Virus record (IMG/VR): IMGVR_UViG_3300037067_016568
Coordinates: 1-64,000 of that record
DNA from: a virus
Lineage: Duplodnaviria; Caudoviricetes
Length of the DNA: 64,000 nt
Reading direction: 5' to 3' (one strand)
In this document: piece after piece, positions 1-12,532 of the stretch
How the letters are laid out: every line of letters begins with the position of its first letter
Numbering within the stretch: the stretch's first letter is position 1
Made by a program: the position numbers and the translations under genes
The notes under the pieces: generated by a model
Told to the model about the DNA's origin: nothing
Databases searched by the model: none
Seen by the model: only the letters and a program-made list of their open reading frames with translations

Positions 1-181
1 CTCACACGCACGGAAGATACTTTTTCGTTAGCGGGAGAGCACATTCTTCTTATATTTTCTAATATAATTATTCATTTTAAATAGGGAATTCTTATGGTCT
101 AATACGGAATAGAATTCTTCGATATGATAACTAACTACAGAACATATGGGGAAACTTGATGACTACAGGACTACTGGTATG

Positions 182-208
182 GTATTTTACAAACTAGGTA
201 ATTACAGG
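182..208 (+). repeat. dispersed 27-bp motif ending in CRISPR handle
   Basis: GTATTTTACAAACTAGGTAATTACAGG. Confidence 0.85.
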
Positions 209-507
209 GGATCATATCAGGAGGACACGAGATGGGAAAGACTGAAGACAACGTGATTTGTGCGGCCAATGATGATGCCAAAAAGATTGCTGATCTTGAG
301 GGCGAAACTTTTTTGGACGCCATAAGGCACCACAACAGGATACAGATCGTCCAACACTACGATCGCAAACTTCTACGTGACCTGGCTCATGAAGCTACTT
401 GCTTCGCATCCCTTTGTCGTCACGTTTGTGATTGGAGAAGTGAGCAAGCATTAGGTGGTCATATTGGTGGAACCAAGGAAAAGAAGACCGAAGTATAAAG
501 GCTACAA

Positions 508-552
508 GGGCGTCCTGTTCTTCTTGGATGGGACGCTCGTTTTCTTCTTGTT
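508..552 (+). terminator. putative intrinsic terminator
   Basis: GGGCGTCC...GGACGCTC stem followed by T-rich run after ORF 232..498. Confidence 0.45.
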
Positions 553-1106
553 TTTATTGTAGTCTAGCAACGTCGTACAACTAGAGACCTTTTCGAAAAA
601 CGCTAGAGTCCAACTATTTTCCTCTTAATATTAACGGAAACAAAATGAATAACGCAGTCTGCAACAAACCCTCACCAATGGTCGAAGCGATGAACGGAAT
701 CAGAGAGCGATTGGAAAAGCTCGACGAGGCGATTAACGTACTCTCAGATAAATTATCGCCTGTTAGATGTTCAACCCCGGCGGGGACCAAAGAGAAACCG
801 TCATCGTCGGCACCGTTGATTGGCAAGCTCGTTGAGATTTCTTACCGAATCGAAAGCTGCACGGTTGCCGTTCGGACGCTGACTAACGAGTTGCAGCTGT
901 AGTCCTCTTCAATTCTCTTTGAAGAGCCTGCTCAAGGTCGCATCGCACTTGGAAGCCCCGATGAAGGAACGGGGCTATCCATACCTCATATTTCCTATCC
1001 TCTCTCTTCCAGCCGCGTTCCTTCAACCATAATCTGCTAACTTCTTGAAAAATGCTCATGTCTATTGTAGTCTGGAACATCTGGGTGCTTAACCTCTTCT
1101 CGAAAG

Positions 1107-1328
1107 TTAGCGTTCTTTGGCTCCTAATTTTATCGCTAGTTTTCTTCTTCCCTCCGTTATGTCATAGTGCGGATGCCTAGGGTGGTCTTGAAAGTACGCC
1201 CTTCTTAATCCTAGTCGTAATGCGAACTTGTGTAGCTCTTCTAAAGTGTCTGCTGTGAGATGGCATGTAGAAGGGTATCTCCATTTCGAAGAACGCTCCG
1301 TTTGAAAGAGCTTATCAACGTAGACCAT
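1107..1328 (-). CDS. DUF4031 family protein
   Basis: MVYVD...CHL.ADT.EELH.FA.RLGL.R..FQ....HPHYDIT pattern typical of DUF4031. Confidence 0.75.
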   Translation of the reverse strand: MVYVDKLFQTERSSKWRYPSTCHLTADTLEELHKFALRLGLRRAYFQDHPRHPHYDITEGRRKLAIKLGAKER

Positions 1329-1496
1329 ATGGCCTCTTTTCGGAAATATTAACCGGAATCCTACGTTGTGATGCTCTCTGAAATACGTATTTGAAGAATA
1401 TGAAGATGGATTATAAAGAACTTCTAAAGAAATATATTGCTTGGGTAATCTATAAGGAAGGGACAGATCTATTGCCGCAAGACTTCTTTAGTGCTC

Positions 1497-2294
1497 TCAT
1501 TCTTGCCAACGCTGGACGGTGTTGATCTTCTCAGTACGACAGCTTAAATGTAGGAACTCTTTGACGCCTTCGATGGCATCTTTATCTTCTTTGGCGATGA
1601 CGATAAAGCGGCTTCCCTCGTCGGTCTTGATAAGCCAAAGACCGCTTGCGTAATCGTCTGGGTGTAATTCTGTAACGAAGCTTTTCATCTCTTTATCTTT
1701 GTTCATTATTCCCCTATCCCATTCTATAGTCTGTTCGAACTTTTTATATCCCTGTTCGAAACAAGAGTCGATATAATCCATATGCTTACCCAAAGCTTCC
1801 GCAATCCTGTCTGTCTCTTCGATAAGTCGGCCATCCTGCAGCGCTGCCTCTATGCAGTGATCGCAGACGCCTATGACAAATTTTCTAGTATCAAAACTAC
1901 TGCCATAGTTGCAGATAATCTCCCAGATAAGATTATGCCAGCGCTTATCTGGTCTAAAGCCATCGGGGAGGAATACTAGTTTTTTGCCGCAGACGATGCA
2001 CTTATATTGGGGTAATGCACCATATTCGCTTAATTCGGCAAGAGTCCAATAGTTCCCATGATAATAATAGATCTCCACTTCTCCTGGGAGATCTATACGG
2101 CACTTGCCGAACCATCCCTTATTTCTTCTGGATTTGGGAAAATCTGATTGGATAGGCGGCAGTAGTATTTCTTCAGCCATCGTCTGCCTCGTCGATTTTA
2201 TGTCGCTGCTCTTCCCATTCTCGGCGAATCTTTTCAACCCTCTCATGCCGCTTTTTATCATCATATAAGACATAAAAACCAGCGGCAGTAGCAA
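1497..2294 (-). CDS. hypothetical phage protein with CxxC pairs (start may be downstream, ~2180)
   Basis: 265-aa ORF; CIVC and CDHC motifs. Confidence 0.5.
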   Translation of the reverse strand: MLLPLVFMSYMMIKSGMRGLKRFAENGKSSDIKSTRQTMAEEILLPPIQSDFPKSRRNKGWFGKCRIDLPGEVEIYYYHGNYWTLAELSEYGALPQYKCIVCGKKLVFLPDGFRPDKRWHNLIWEIICNYGSSFDTRKFVIGVCDHCIEAALQDGRLIEETDRIAEALGKHMDYIDSCFEQGYKKFEQTIEWDRGIMNKDKEMKSFVTELHPDDYASGLWLIKTDEGSRFIVIAKEDKDAIEGVKEFLHLSCRTEKINTVQRWQE

Positions 2295-2335
2295 TCAATA
2301 CGCCGAGGAGCGGCCAAAAGCAGGTGTTGAAAAAG

Positions 2336-2788
2336 CTATAAATCATAGACCGTCACACTGATCTCATCTAACTCTCTTCGGATTAATTCTTCCATCTGAT
2401 CCCATGTTGATCCCGCAAGGCCGCATCCTATGCGAGGCATATGAACAGAGGCATTATGTTCGAGAGCGAATTCCTTGACCTTTTGTAGTCCCTCCCTCAC
2501 TGCCCAATGTCTGATAGGGGGTTCCCCTTCGGGGCCCGGTTTAATGTCGTGTTGTCCGATGAGATTGGCTACATGGAGATCGGGCTCGACTTGGACAAAT
2601 TGGACCGTACCGAGTGCCATGCCGTTGCTGTTGGCGAGGTAATGGTATCTGACTGATGGCCATTTATTTGAGACAGCCAAGACAAATCCCCTGCCCCATT
2701 TGCATATATCATTGCAGATGTGGACTAGGACTTTGCAGCCGTCTCCGATAGGTCGAGTTGCATCGCCTTGGACATATTTAATTCCCAT
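2336..2788 (-). CDS. macrodomain (Appr-1-p processing / ADP-ribose hydrolase-like) protein
   Basis: IKYVQGDAT...HICND...WGRGFV...MPRIGCGLAG motifs; likely start MGIKY at 2788 rather than ORF-track 2920. Confidence 0.85.
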   Translation of the reverse strand: MGIKYVQGDATRPIGDGCKVLVHICNDICKWGRGFVLAVSNKWPSVRYHYLANSNGMALGTVQFVQVEPDLHVANLIGQHDIKPGPEGEPPIRHWAVREGLQKVKEFALEHNASVHMPRIGCGLAGSTWDQMEELIRRELDEISVTVYDL

Positions 2789-2972
2789 ATCCCAATTCTC
2801 CTGGCCGATTCTTACGGCCATACCATTCCTCACGCAATGCAGTAGCCCTGTTAAAGGCTTGTAGGCATTCGAGGATGTAAGCGGCCAGGATATGGTCAGG
2901 CGTATTGCTCTGATTTTCAACGGAATGCTTATTGATAAGTTGCTCCAATTCGACTTCGAATGAATTGCCCAT
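2778..2972 (-). CDS. hypothetical phage protein
   Basis: 64 aa, LEQLINKHSVEN.SNTPDHILA pattern; tightly coupled to neighbours. Confidence 0.55.
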   Translation of the reverse strand: MGNSFEVELEQLINKHSVENQSNTPDHILAAYILECLQAFNRATALREEWYGRKNRPGELGYGN

Positions 2973-3383
2973 TTATATCTCCTTATGAGTACATGTGATC
3001 AATGGTACGCTCTTTTCACAATGGAGAGGATCTTGGTGCCACACGCTATGCTTACCGTGTCCCTCTACCTGTGCCACAACCTGTCTGACAACGCATTGCA
3101 TATCCCAAGCAATCTTGTGTTGGGACGGTACTTTATTACTGTTGATGCCCATGGACCCGTTAGTTGGGATATGCAGTCCTGTTTTGATTTCTTTGCAGAG
3201 CTGCCTGACGTGCTCTATTTGATTTACATCATATATGTCATTCATCATGGCGATATTGGCAATCTCTTCTATCTGACCCATACCTATTCTTGCGAATAAG
3301 TCCATAGCGTTGATGAATACCCTGATATGGTCGTCATCGAGTTCTATAGTATATCTGCAGTCCTGTTTCATTTTCATTCCCAC
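2973..3383 (-). CDS. hypothetical protein
   Basis: 136-aa ORF in operon-like run. Confidence 0.55.
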   Translation of the reverse strand: MGMKMKQDCRYTIELDDDHIRVFINAMDLFARIGMGQIEEIANIAMMNDIYDVNQIEHVRQLCKEIKTGLHIPTNGSMGINSNKVPSQHKIAWDMQCVVRQVVAQVEGHGKHSVWHQDPLHCEKSVPLITCTHKEI

Positions 3384-3404
3384 TTAGTAATATTGATGAA
3401 GAAC

Positions 3405-3431
3405 GTATTTTACAAACTAGGTAACTACAGG
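3405..3431 (+). repeat. dispersed 27-bp motif ending in CRISPR handle
   Basis: GTATTTTACAAACTAGGTAACTACAGG. Confidence 0.85.
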
Positions 3432-3590
3432 TTGTTAAATACGTGGAATTATAACAAGCTCATCATATCCTTCCTGAGCCTTTCTCTTACTTTCTCTTTT
3501 CATTCTGTCTGAAGGGCGTAGAACTACGTATGAGTAGAGAAAGGCTAAGAGAAACTAAAGGAAAAGCTCAGAGATGCCAAAGAGAGGTCA

Positions 3591-6500
3591 CTATTCCGGA
3601 ATGGCCCAAACTGCTACTCCACCACTAACCCTCAGAATATAATCACCATCTGTGGTTGGTGCTCCTGGTATTCCTGAAGACACACCTGTTGCACCAGCTG
3701 CTCCCGAAGCACCAGGTGTGCCTGATGCTCCAGCAATTCCAGATGCTCCATCTAGTCCAGCAGGACCAGTTGCACCAGGATCTCCGCCACCAGGCCCCGT
3801 CGCGCCAGACGCTCCGGGAGGGCCAGAAGCTCCACCAGTCTCTCCTTGCGGGCCAGTTGCACCAGTATATCCTATTTCTCCTGTAGCACCGGGATCTCCT
3901 ATGCCAGAGGCACCGTCGATACCAGTGGCTCCTGTTAGACCGATAGCTCCTGTAGCTCCTGTGGCTCCTGTTGGACCTGTTGCTCCGGTAAATCCAACAG
4001 CTCCGGTGGCACCCTGTATTCCTGTAGCTCCAGACGCACCATCTATACCCGATGCACCTTGAATACCTGCACCGGTAGCACCAGTATATCCAGTAGCACC
4101 GGTGGCCCCTGTCTCACCTTGGGGGCCAGAGGCTCCGCCAGTCGGGCCTTGGGGACCGGTAGATCCTGTCGCACCATCTATTCCTGTTGCACCAGGTTCA
4201 CCTGCACCTGTAGCTCCTATTTCACCTTGTGGGCCTGTAGATCCTGTGGCACCAGTATATCCAGTTGCTCCAGCAGATCCATATAAACCCGTTGCACCTG
4301 TTGCTCCAGCTGTTCCTGTAGCACCGGGAGGACCAGAAGCACCTCCAGTAGGACCTTGAGGACCGGTAGCACCAGTTTCTCCTTGTGGTCCAGAAGCTCC
4401 TCCGGTATCACCTTGAGGGCCTGTAGCACCTGAAGCACCATCTTGTCCTGCTGACCCCGTTGCTCCGCTAGCACCTCTAGGACCTGTTGACCCTGTTGCA
4501 CCAGTAGAACCAGTGTAACCAGTAGCCCCTATAGGGCCACCGCTTGGACCGGTTGCCCCTGTAAGACCCGTTGCACCTTCTATACCAGTGGCACCAGAAG
4601 CACCTCGAATACCCGACGCCCCATCTACCCCCTGGGTACCTGTAGCTCCCGTCGCTCCTGGATCTCCCTGTGGGCCTGAAGCTCCTCCAGGATCACCTTG
4701 AGGACCAGTGGCACCACTAGCTCCATCGGGGCCGGTAGCTCCTGTAGCACCATCTGATCCCACATAGCCAGAGGCACCAACAGGACCAGTAGATCCGGTT
4801 GCACCTGTTTCGCCTTGTGGCCCGGAAGCTCCGCCAGGATCTCCTTGAGGACCTGTAGCACCAGTTGCGCCATCCTCGCCTTGTGGTCCTGTGGCTCCGG
4901 GAGGGCCAGAAGCTCCACCAGTCTCTCCCTGTGGTCCAGTCGCACCATCTAAGCCGGTTGCACCGGTAGCCCCATCTGATCCTATATAACCTGAAGCACC
5001 TGGTAATCCTGTAGCTCCAGCTACACCATCTAAGCCGGTTGCACCGGTAGCCCCATCTGATCCTATATAGCCTGAAGCACCAGCTACACCAGTGGCTCCG
5101 CTAGCACCAGATGCTCCGGGAGGGCCAGAAGCTCCACCAGTCTCTCCTTGCGGTCCGGTTGCGCCAGTATACCCGGTTGCACCAGTAGCCCCGTCAGCTC
5201 CTGTTTCTCCTTGCGTTCCCGTTGCTCCACTAGCTCCATCGACGCCGGTAGCTCCTGGATCGCCTACACCTGAGGCACCTTGAACACCGGTTGCTCCTGT
5301 GGCTCCACTGGCCCCGTCCGGCCCTTGAGGGCCAGTAGCACCAGTATCACCTATGCCACTTGCCCCCTGCACGCCGGTTGCACCGCTAGCTCCACTAGCC
5401 CCATCTAAACCTGTGGCACCAGTATCACCTATTCCAGAAGCGCCTTGAACGCCTGTGGCCCCAGAAGCTCCACTGGCTCCATCTATACCAGTTGCACCGG
5501 TAAGACCTATTTCACCTTGTGGGCCGGTAGATCCTTCAGCACCCGTCGCCCCAGAAGCTCCGCTGGCTCCATCAATACCAGTGGCTCCCGAATCACCTAC
5601 CCCTGAAGCACCCTGAACGCCGGTTGCCCCAGATGCACCTGAGGCTCCATCTATACCAGTGGCACCGGTAGGACCTATTTCTCCCTGAGTACCAGTAGCA
5701 CCAGATGCACCTGAGGCTCCATCTATACCAGTGGCACCCGGATCGCCTACACCTGAGGCACCTTGAACACCGGTTGCTCCTGAAGCTCCGCTGGCTCCGT
5801 CTGGACCCTGAAGGCCAGTAGCGCCAGTGTCGCCTATACCACTTGCTCCCTGCACACCGGTTGCACCTGAAGCCCCTGAAGCTCCAAGTTCTCCTTGCGG
5901 ACCAGAAGAACCCTGGATGCCTGTAGCTCCAACATCACCTTGAACACCAGTAGCTCCTGAGGCTCCGCTAGCTCCTCTAACGCCTGTAGCACCAGTTAGT
6001 CCAGTTGCACCAGTATAACCAGTAGCTCCAGTAGTTCCGGTAGAAGATCCGCTTGCTCCTTGTGGCCCTGTAGCTCCAATATCGCCTTGAATACCGGTGG
6101 CTCCTGAAGCTCCAGAGGCACCAGTAGCACCAATCTCTCCCTGTGGGCCTGTAGCTCCTGATGCTCCGGGAGGGCCAGAAGCTCCACCAGTCTCTCCTTG
6201 CGGGCCAGTTGCACCAGTATACCCCGTCGCACCAGTTGATCCAGTAAAACCAGTGGCTCCTGAGGCACCACTAGCTCCGTAGGGACCAATTAGGCCAGTT
6301 GCGCCAGTTAGACCAGTGGCACCTGAAGCTCCGCTGGCTCCGTCGATACCGGTGGCACCCATCTCCCCGGTATCGCCCTTCAGACCAGTTGCACCAGTTT
6401 CACCGGTGGCACCTGGAATCCCTGTGGCTCCACTAGCACCAGACGCTCCGGGAGGGCCAGAAGCTCCACCAGTCTCTCCTTGAGGGCCGGTAGCTCCTTC

Positions 6501-9500
6501 GATACCTGTTGCACCAGTCTCGCCTGTTGCACCAATTTCGCCCTGCGGGCCTGTCGCACCCGAAGCCCCGCTAGCTCCGTCGATACCTGTAGCTCCTGGA
6601 TCTCCAATTCCACTAGCACCTTGAACACCGGTTGCTCCTGAAGCTCCGCTGGCTCCATCTATACCAATGGCACCAGTGGCACCTACCCCTGAGGCACCCT
6701 GGACACCAGTAGCACCGCTAGCACCGCTAGCACCAGAAATACCCTGTAATCCAGTTGCGCCTGTTAGACCAACGCCGCTGGCACCCTGTACTCCAGTCGC
6801 CCCTGAGGCACCAGAAGCTCCATCGGCACCCGTAGCACCTATACCACTAGCCCCTTGAACGCCGGTAGCGCCGGAAGCACCTGAGGCTCCATCTATACCA
6901 GTTGCGCCGGTAAGACCTGTTTCTCCCTGAGCACCGGTAGCTCCATCTATGCCAGTAGCACCAGACGCTCCGGGAGGGCCAGAAGCTCCACCAGTCTCTC
7001 CTTGAGGGCCGGTCGCACCGCTGGCTCCATCAATACCAGTGGCCCCAACTTCTCCCTGCGGGCCTGTTGAACCTGTAGCACCAATTAAACCTGTGACTCC
7101 TGTGGCACCAGTAAGGCCAATAGCACCCGTAGCACCTCTGGTTCCAGATGCTCCCTGCACACCCGTAGCACCCGAAGCACCACTGGCACCAGCTACACCA
7201 GAAGCTCCACCTGTTTCCCCTTGCGGGCCAGTTGCGCCTTGAACGCCTGTAGCACCTGAAGCACCACTTGCACCTGATATTCCTGAAGCTCCACTAGCAC
7301 CAGATGCTCCGGGAGGGCCGGAAGCTCCACCAGTTGGACCTTGCGGACCAGTGGCACCGGTTGCGCCAGGCTCTCCCTGTGGTCCTGATGCACCGATTCC
7401 GCTAGCGCCCTTTACACCAGTAGCACCTGAAGCACCCTTAGCACCCGTGGCTCCAGTAAGACCAGAAGCACCTATATATCCAGATGCTCCGAATATACCT
7501 GTAGACCCAGTAGCACCAGCAGTACCGGTAGCACCAATTGGGCCACCACTAGGGCCGGTCGCACCCGTAGGTCCTAGTGGCCCAGTTGAGCCGGTGGCAC
7601 CAATTGGACCTGTTGAACCTGTTGCACCAGTAGAACCGGTGAGACCAGAGGCACCCTGAGGGCCTGATGCACCGCCCGTTGGACCTGTGGCTCCTGTATA
7701 TCCTGATGCACCGGTGGCACCCCCAATACCTGTTGCTCCAGTTAGGCCAGTGGCTCCAGTATAACCAGTAGCACCTATTGGACCACCACTGGGACCTGTA
7801 GCACCGCTGGCACCAATTGGGCCTGTTGAGCCAGTAGCACCTATTGGACCACCACTTGGGCCAGTTGCTCCAGTTTCACCTTGTGGGCCTGTTGAACCAT
7901 TTATTCCATTGGTACCTGATGCACCCGTCACACCAGATGCTCCAGTTATGCCAGATGCTCCACGTATTCCTGTTGCACCTGTTGCCCCAGACGGGCCAGA
8001 AGCTCCTCCAGGGTCTCCCTGTGGTCCTGTTGCACCGCTAGCACCATCATCTCCTGCAGCTCCTGTGGCACCTCTAGGACCAGTAGCACCAGGAAACCCA
8101 ATACCAGTAGCCCCCGTTGCTCCAGTCGGTCCTCCAGCCGGGCCGGTAGCACCAGCGGGACCGGTCGAGCCAGTTGCTCCTGTAGCCCCGGATATAGCTT
8201 GTGGAGTCCAAGAAAGATGGCCTGCACCATCAGTTCGCAAGATATAGCCAGTAGCACCATCTGAGCTAGGCCATCGAAGATTGTCTATATAGACATATGT
8301 ACCAGTACCACTGACACCTAACCTCAAATTAGATTCTATAGCGTTAACATTTAAATCAGAACCACCAACTGAATGAATAGTATTGACTTGAAGTCCACCA
8401 ACTTCATCATATTGAAAAACGTTATCATCTATGAGGCGGCCATGTGTCCCGACAAATGGAATCCGACCAGTAACCAACATCGTTCCATCATTTAAAACGA
8501 ATCCTTTACGGGCACCGTCAGTAGTAATTGTAAAATAGAGATCATCATAGGTAAATTCTATTGTCCCTGCTTCTGGTGTAGCCAAAACGCTACCAGTTGT
8601 TAATTTAATAGGAGCAGTCCCAGGAGCTGCTTCACCTGCTGCTAAGTGTATCCTCGCGGTAGGATCATAAATGCCGACTCCTAGCTGTCGACAACTAGCT
8701 GTCGCACTATCGTTAGTTCGCGACCCTTCTAAGATGTTATAATAATTAGTAAGGAGGCGCTGCTCATATTCAGGAGTTCCACCATTGTCAATTAATCTGA
8801 CAGTACCAAGCCAACGATGTCCTTTATAATCACCAGACGTAACATATACTGGCGTCCCATTCAATGTTGCAAGGCCGTCTGCGTCTACTTGTATCCAATA
8901 TCCTGCTGCTAAATCATCGGCGAACACGCCAGACGTGTGGCTAATAATGCAAGCGTAGACAATAGAAGCATTTTTAGCCCTGGTGCCGACGCCATATGGA
9001 TGGCTCGTTTCCCAATCCTCATAGCGAATTACCGACAAAGGGTCATAAGCGACAAATTTAATTTCACCAATAGTTGTATACCAACGCTTGACAGAATCTT
9101 CTATAGCCCACACAAGATCTGTAACTTCAAAAACTTCGATTTTATAATAGGAATATGCGATATTATTGCTAAATGTGAAATATTCTGACCATACATTTAC
9201 ATCGCTAGGCGGATCTATATTCTCTTTTTCATCTAAGAGATCCCAGTTGCTACCATCATTAGAAGCCCATATTCTCCACTTTCGCGGCAGTGATGATGGT
9301 ATGTCGCCTTGAACTATTGGATTACCATATACACTGAGTAGTGATCTTGCTTTCCACGCATACTTGTTAATAGCTTGTTTATTACTGTCTCCAAAGTAAT
9401 ATATAATCCAAACTTCATGGGTCCACGGATCACCAGGTTCCCATCCTGCTCCTCGGCCAACTTCAACTGCCCATCCTAGATTAGATGTGTTATGATTAAA

Positions 9501-10145
9501 TGCCTGCCATCCGAAAAACCTATAGACTCCCGTACCATAGGGAAGCTCAGCATGTGAGCTTTCGGTAACGACATTCGGTGTTGGCACATCGAAGTCGGTC
9601 ATAGCGATAGTGCAAGTGTCCGTTCCTGGATTAGACTTGCCATCAGCAGGCGTAAACTTCCACGGTGCGAATTCTAATTCAAAAGAAGTAGCAGTTCTTA
9701 AGAAGCCGAAAACGTCATATATCCTGTCATCTGTCAGAGTAACACCGTTCATATCAGTAGCGGTGTTTAATGCAGATGGAGGTGTATCTACATAGATAAG
9801 ATCCCATAACTCAGAATATTGATTATAAAGGCGTATCTGATTTGATTGAACAAAATGCCAACTTAGTGTAGTGGAATTAAGGACCTTTAAATTGCCGTCG
9901 ACAACGTTGCCACCAGGACCAGTAGCCCCTGTAGCACCAGTTGCCCCTGTGTATCCCGTCGCGCCTGTAGCTCCCGTATAGCCGGTAGCACCCGTAGCAC
10001 CAGAAAGACCAGTGATACCAGATGCACCTGTCAGGCCAGTTGCACCAGCTACACCAGTTGCTCCCGTTAAACCAGTTGCACCAGGAGCACCTGAGGCACC
10101 ACCACTTGCACCGCCCCATATAGGAAGAACGCTGGTTGTAAACAT
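3591..10145 (-). CDS. collagen-like fibre protein with discoidin/F5-8 type C-like domain
   Basis: ~1500 aa of G-X-Y (GAT/GAS/GPQ) triplets; N-terminal [14 protein letters not shown]...Y.YYKI motif; [13 protein letters not shown] tail-fibre-like motif. Confidence 0.85.
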   Translation of the reverse strand: MFTTSVLPIWGGASGGASGAPGATGLTGATGVAGATGLTGASGITGLSGATGATGYTGATGATGYTGATGATGATGPGGNVVDGNLKVLNSTTLSWHFVQSNQIRLYNQYSELWDLIYVDTPPSALNTATDMNGVTLTDDRIYDVFGFLRTATSFELEFAPWKFTPADGKSNPGTDTCTIAMTDFDVPTPNVVTESSHAELPYGTGVYRFFGWQAFNHNTSNLGWAVEVGRGAGWEPGDPWTHEVWIIYYFGDSNKQAINKYAWKARSLLSVYGNPIVQGDIPSSLPRKWRIWASNDGSNWDLLDEKENIDPPSDVNVWSEYFTFSNNIAYSYYKIEVFEVTDLVWAIEDSVKRWYTTIGEIKFVAYDPLSVIRYEDWETSHPYGVGTRAKNASIVYACIISHTSGVFADDLAAGYWIQVDADGLATLNGTPVYVTSGDYKGHRWLGTVRLIDNGGTPEYEQRLLTNYYNILEGSRTNDSATASCRQLGVGIYDPTARIHLAAGEAAPGTAPIKLTTGSVLATPEAGTIEFTYDDLYFTITTDGARKGFVLNDGTMLVTGRIPFVGTHGRLIDDNVFQYDEVGGLQVNTIHSVGGSDLNVNAIESNLRLGVSGTGTYVYIDNLRWPSSDGATGYILRTDGAGHLSWTPQAISGATGATGSTGPAGATGPAGGPTGATGATGIGFPGATGPRGATGAAGDDGASGATGPQGDPGGASGPSGATGATGIRGASGITGASGVTGASGTNGINGSTGPQGETGATGPSGGPIGATGSTGPIGASGATGPSGGPIGATGYTGATGLTGATGIGGATGASGYTGATGPTGGASGPQGASGLTGSTGATGSTGPIGATGSTGPLGPTGATGPSGGPIGATGTAGATGSTGIFGASGYIGASGLTGATGAKGASGATGVKGASGIGASGPQGEPGATGATGPQGPTGGASGPPGASGASGASGISGASGASGATGVQGATGPQGETGGASGVAGASGASGATGVQGASGTRGATGAIGLTGATGVTGLIGATGSTGPQGEVGATGIDGASGATGPQGETGGASGPPGASGATGIDGATGAQGETGLTGATGIDGASGASGATGVQGASGIGATGADGASGASGATGVQGASGVGLTGATGLQGISGASGASGATGVQGASGVGATGAIGIDGASGASGATGVQGASGIGDPGATGIDGASGASGATGPQGEIGATGETGATGIEGATGPQGETGGASGPPGASGASGATGIPGATGETGATGLKGDTGEMGATGIDGASGASGATGLTGATGLIGPYGASGASGATGFTGSTGATGYTGATGPQGETGGASGPPGASGATGPQGEIGATGASGASGATGIQGDIGATGPQGASGSSTGTTGATGYTGATGLTGATGVRGASGASGATGVQGDVGATGIQGSSGPQGELGASGASGATGVQGASGIGDTGATGLQGPDGASGASGATGVQGASGVGDPGATGIDGASGASGATGTQGEIGPTGATGIDGASGASGATGVQGASGVGDSGATGIDGASGASGATGAEGSTGPQGEIGLTGATGIDGASGASGATGVQGASGIGDTGATGLDGASGASGATGVQGASGIGDTGATGPQGPDGASGATGATGVQGASGVGDPGATGVDGASGATGTQGETGADGATGATGYTGATGPQGETGGASGPPGASGASGATGVAGASGYIGSDGATGATGLDGVAGATGLPGASGYIGSDGATGATGLDGATGPQGETGGASGPPGATGPQGEDGATGATGPQGDPGGASGPQGETGATGSTGPVGASGYVGSDGATGATGPDGASGATGPQGDPGGASGPQGDPGATGATGTQGVDGASGIRGASGATGIEGATGLTGATGPSGGPIGATGYTGSTGATGSTGPRGASGATGSAGQDGASGATGPQGDTGGASGPQGETGATGPQGPTGGASGPPGATGTAGATGATGLYGSAGATGYTGATGSTGPQGEIGATGAGEPGATGIDGATGSTGPQGPTGGASGPQGETGATGATGYTGATGAGIQGASGIDGASGATGIQGATGAVGFTGATGPTGATGATGAIGLTGATGIDGASGIGDPGATGEIGYTGATGPQGETGGASGPPGASGATGPGGGDPGATGPAGLDGASGIAGASGTPGASGAAGATGVSSGIPGAPTTDGDYILRVSGGVAVWAIPE

Positions 10146-10208
10146 TTATGAACCTTCTGTGCCCTATCTTTTACTGTCCTCGCCAAAAATATATTCGGAT
10201 GACAATAT

Positions 10209-10541
10209 TTGGAGATCCAAATGCGTTACTTCGATCAACAGTTAAATTATTTATTGTCTGAAGCCAATTTCAAGACGCCCAAAGCTGAACGATCGCCTTT
10301 GTGGAGGTTAGAACAGGAGTTAAAGAGGATTAATGCAAAATGTTGTATGAATAGCGGAATGGGTGAGCGATATGAATTCTGGCGGCGCAATAGAGATCTC
10401 ATATTAAAAGAAATCTTAAAACATAGGCCACTTAACGATTGGGAGAAAAGGTGTTGCAAGATACATGCACCGGTGAGAGATAGTGGCTTGACTGGTATTA
10501 CAGATCATGCCGATGATAGTATAGGAAGTTATGCAAAATAG
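10209..10541 (+). CDS. hypothetical protein
   Basis: ORF with FDQQLNYLLSEA N-terminus. Confidence 0.45.
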   Translation: MEIQMRYFDQQLNYLLSEANFKTPKAERSPLWRLEQELKRINAKCCMNSGMGERYEFWRRNRDLILKEILKHRPLNDWEKRCCKIHAPVRDSGLTGITDHADDSIGSYAK

Positions 10542-10594
10542 ATAGAATTATAGCCGAAGTATTTTATATTTCTGTTAACCCGATGCGATTTTTA

Positions 10595-10603
10595 TGCTAT
10601 AAT
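10595..10603 (+). promoter_or_regulatory. extended -10 promoter (TGCTATAAT)
   Basis: perfect TGnTATAAT directly upstream of a plus-strand operon. Confidence 0.55.
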
Positions 10604-11082
10604 TGTGTATGGGTAGATATGCAATTCGAGAGCGATTATGGCACAAGCATTGTCATTGGTGTGGAAAACTAACGAGGTTAATAGTCCCCGGAAATCACGA
10701 GAGACTTCCTGATGACATGGCGACAGTAGATCATCTATTTAGCAGACTCGATGAGGATCGCCATAATCTGAAACAAGGAATTGTCAAACAGGGCGAAAAC
10801 GGCCATTCTGTCATCACCCGTCGAGTGTTAGCATGTTATTCTTGCAATCAACGACGCGGTAGGGTAGAATGTAAACTGACGAAGGCACAAAAACACAGAA
10901 CATTTACGAATAATTTGCCTTCTTGGTCTGCTAATCGACATAGACAACTTCACGAATGTGATTATAAAGAACGCCGATATCGGCTTCGCAGACTAAAAGA
11001 AATGGCGGAAAGAAACATCGCTGGATTGATCCGCGTTATGGGCCTGCCTCTACGAGAATCTGCTATCATTGGGAAAGAATAA
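10603..11082 (+). CDS. HNH endonuclease-like protein
   Basis: CHWCG...ATVDHL...VLACYSCNQRRG HNH/Zn motif. Confidence 0.7.
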   Translation: MCMGRYAIRERLWHKHCHWCGKLTRLIVPGNHERLPDDMATVDHLFSRLDEDRHNLKQGIVKQGENGHSVITRRVLACYSCNQRRGRVECKLTKAQKHRTFTNNLPSWSANRHRQLHECDYKERRYRLRRLKEMAERNIAGLIRVMGLPLRESAIIGKE

Positions 11083-12137
11083 TGCATTATCACGAAGCTT
11101 TAAAACATTGTATCTTCCGATATACCTCTGGATCGCACCAATACGGAACGAATCGGCCTGATAGTGACATCGATATGCGTGGCGTATTCATTGCACCGCT
11201 ATATTGTGCATTCGATATCTTTCAAACAAGGTTCGTTGGTGCAGGGACCTTGAAGCAGACATTAATTGCTGCTATTAGCGCGATCGAAGGTGCTGATATG
11301 GCGGCAGCCAAAAATTTAGTCCAGAATGCGCTTATGACAGATAGAGGCGACTTGTCTCTATCTGTTGAAACTGTTTGTGACCCGAAGGCCGATTCAGAAT
11401 TACAAGAATTGCGTAAATTCTTCAAGCTGGCTGCTGATTGTAACCCGAACATCATCGAATTTCTATATGTCGACGACTTGATCGACATCTGCACTGGTGA
11501 ATGGGAACTTATACGGCGGCATCGCGATCTGTTCTTGTCCAAAAGAGCTAGGTGGACATTTGCTGGTTATGCTATACAACAGCTTAAGCGCATCAGAGTT
11601 CATCGTGGCTATCTGATCAATCCGCCGACGCACAAACCGACGCGACGTGAGTTTGGTCTGCCAGAAAACAGCAAAATTTCACGAGAACACCAAAACGCTA
11701 TTTTGTCATTACCTGAGGAGCATATTGCTGACAAATTAAAGGATCAAGTGGCAGACGAGCGGCGATATGCAGAAGCACTGATGCAATGGAACTCCTACCA
11801 ACAGTGGGACAAAAAACGTAATCCTGCTCGAAAAGAACTGGAAAGAAAATATGGCTATGATGTTAAACATAGCATGCATCTAATCAGGTTGTCTAGAATG
11901 GCGGAGGAAATATTAAGAGATCAACAGGTCTTAGTCAGACGACCTGATGCTGAGGAACTCAAGGGCATTCTCCGTGGTGAGTGGAAGTATGAGGATATTG
12001 AAGCCGTTGCCGATGGGCTTGATAATAGACTTGATGCTCTGTATAAGTCGTCGAGTCTCAGAGACGCTCCGGATCGGAAGAAGATATCTGAATTATATAG
12101 GGTGATCTGTGCCGCAAGGTATGGGATTTATGTATAA
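11082..12137 (+). CDS. DNA polymerase beta superfamily nucleotidyltransferase (YcgL / T4 NrdC.11-like)
   Basis: GSHQYGTNRPDSDIDMRGVF, CNPNIIEFL, YDVKHSMHLIRL motifs. Confidence 0.85.
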   Translation: MHYHEALKHCIFRYTSGSHQYGTNRPDSDIDMRGVFIAPLYCAFDIFQTRFVGAGTLKQTLIAAISAIEGADMAAAKNLVQNALMTDRGDLSLSVETVCDPKADSELQELRKFFKLAADCNPNIIEFLYVDDLIDICTGEWELIRRHRDLFLSKRARWTFAGYAIQQLKRIRVHRGYLINPPTHKPTRREFGLPENSKISREHQNAILSLPEEHIADKLKDQVADERRYAEALMQWNSYQQWDKKRNPARKELERKYGYDVKHSMHLIRLSRMAEEILRDQQVLVRRPDAEELKGILRGEWKYEDIEAVADGLDNRLDALYKSSSLRDAPDRKKISELYRVICAARYGIYV

Positions 12138-12160
12138 CCTTTTTACTCCAGGAGGAGCAC

Positions 12161-12532
12161 GTGGCTAAAGCCAAAAGAACGTCCAAAACGATTGGACAAA
12201 CCCATGTTGTGTTCGTTATTGACAGCGAGTTTTGTGCGACACTCGGCGAATTCCTAGTCAAGCGTGGTGACTCGAACAAAGAACTCGTCGATTTCGGTCA
12301 CAAACTCACCAATCTGGTGCCGGTCCAGAATTACCGGATTGACCTCAACCCAGCCAAAATCAAAGCGGCCATCAAAAGGAAGGCCAAGATAGAGGCAAAG
12401 CAGAAAGAAGCCGATCGTGGTCAGCTAGTCAAGGAAGCCAAACGATTACACAAGAAAGGCGAGTCGTATCGAGCAATCGGCAAAACACTCGGCGTCTCTG
12501 CCATCACCGTCTCGCGTTACTGCAACAAGTAA
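12161..12532 (+). CDS. protein with C-terminal HTH
   Basis: GESYRAIGKTLGVSAITVSRY. Confidence 0.65.
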   Translation: MAKAKRTSKTIGQTHVVFVIDSEFCATLGEFLVKRGDSNKELVDFGHKLTNLVPVQNYRIDLNPAKIKAAIKRKAKIEAKQKEADRGQLVKEAKRLHKKGESYRAIGKTLGVSAITVSRYCNK

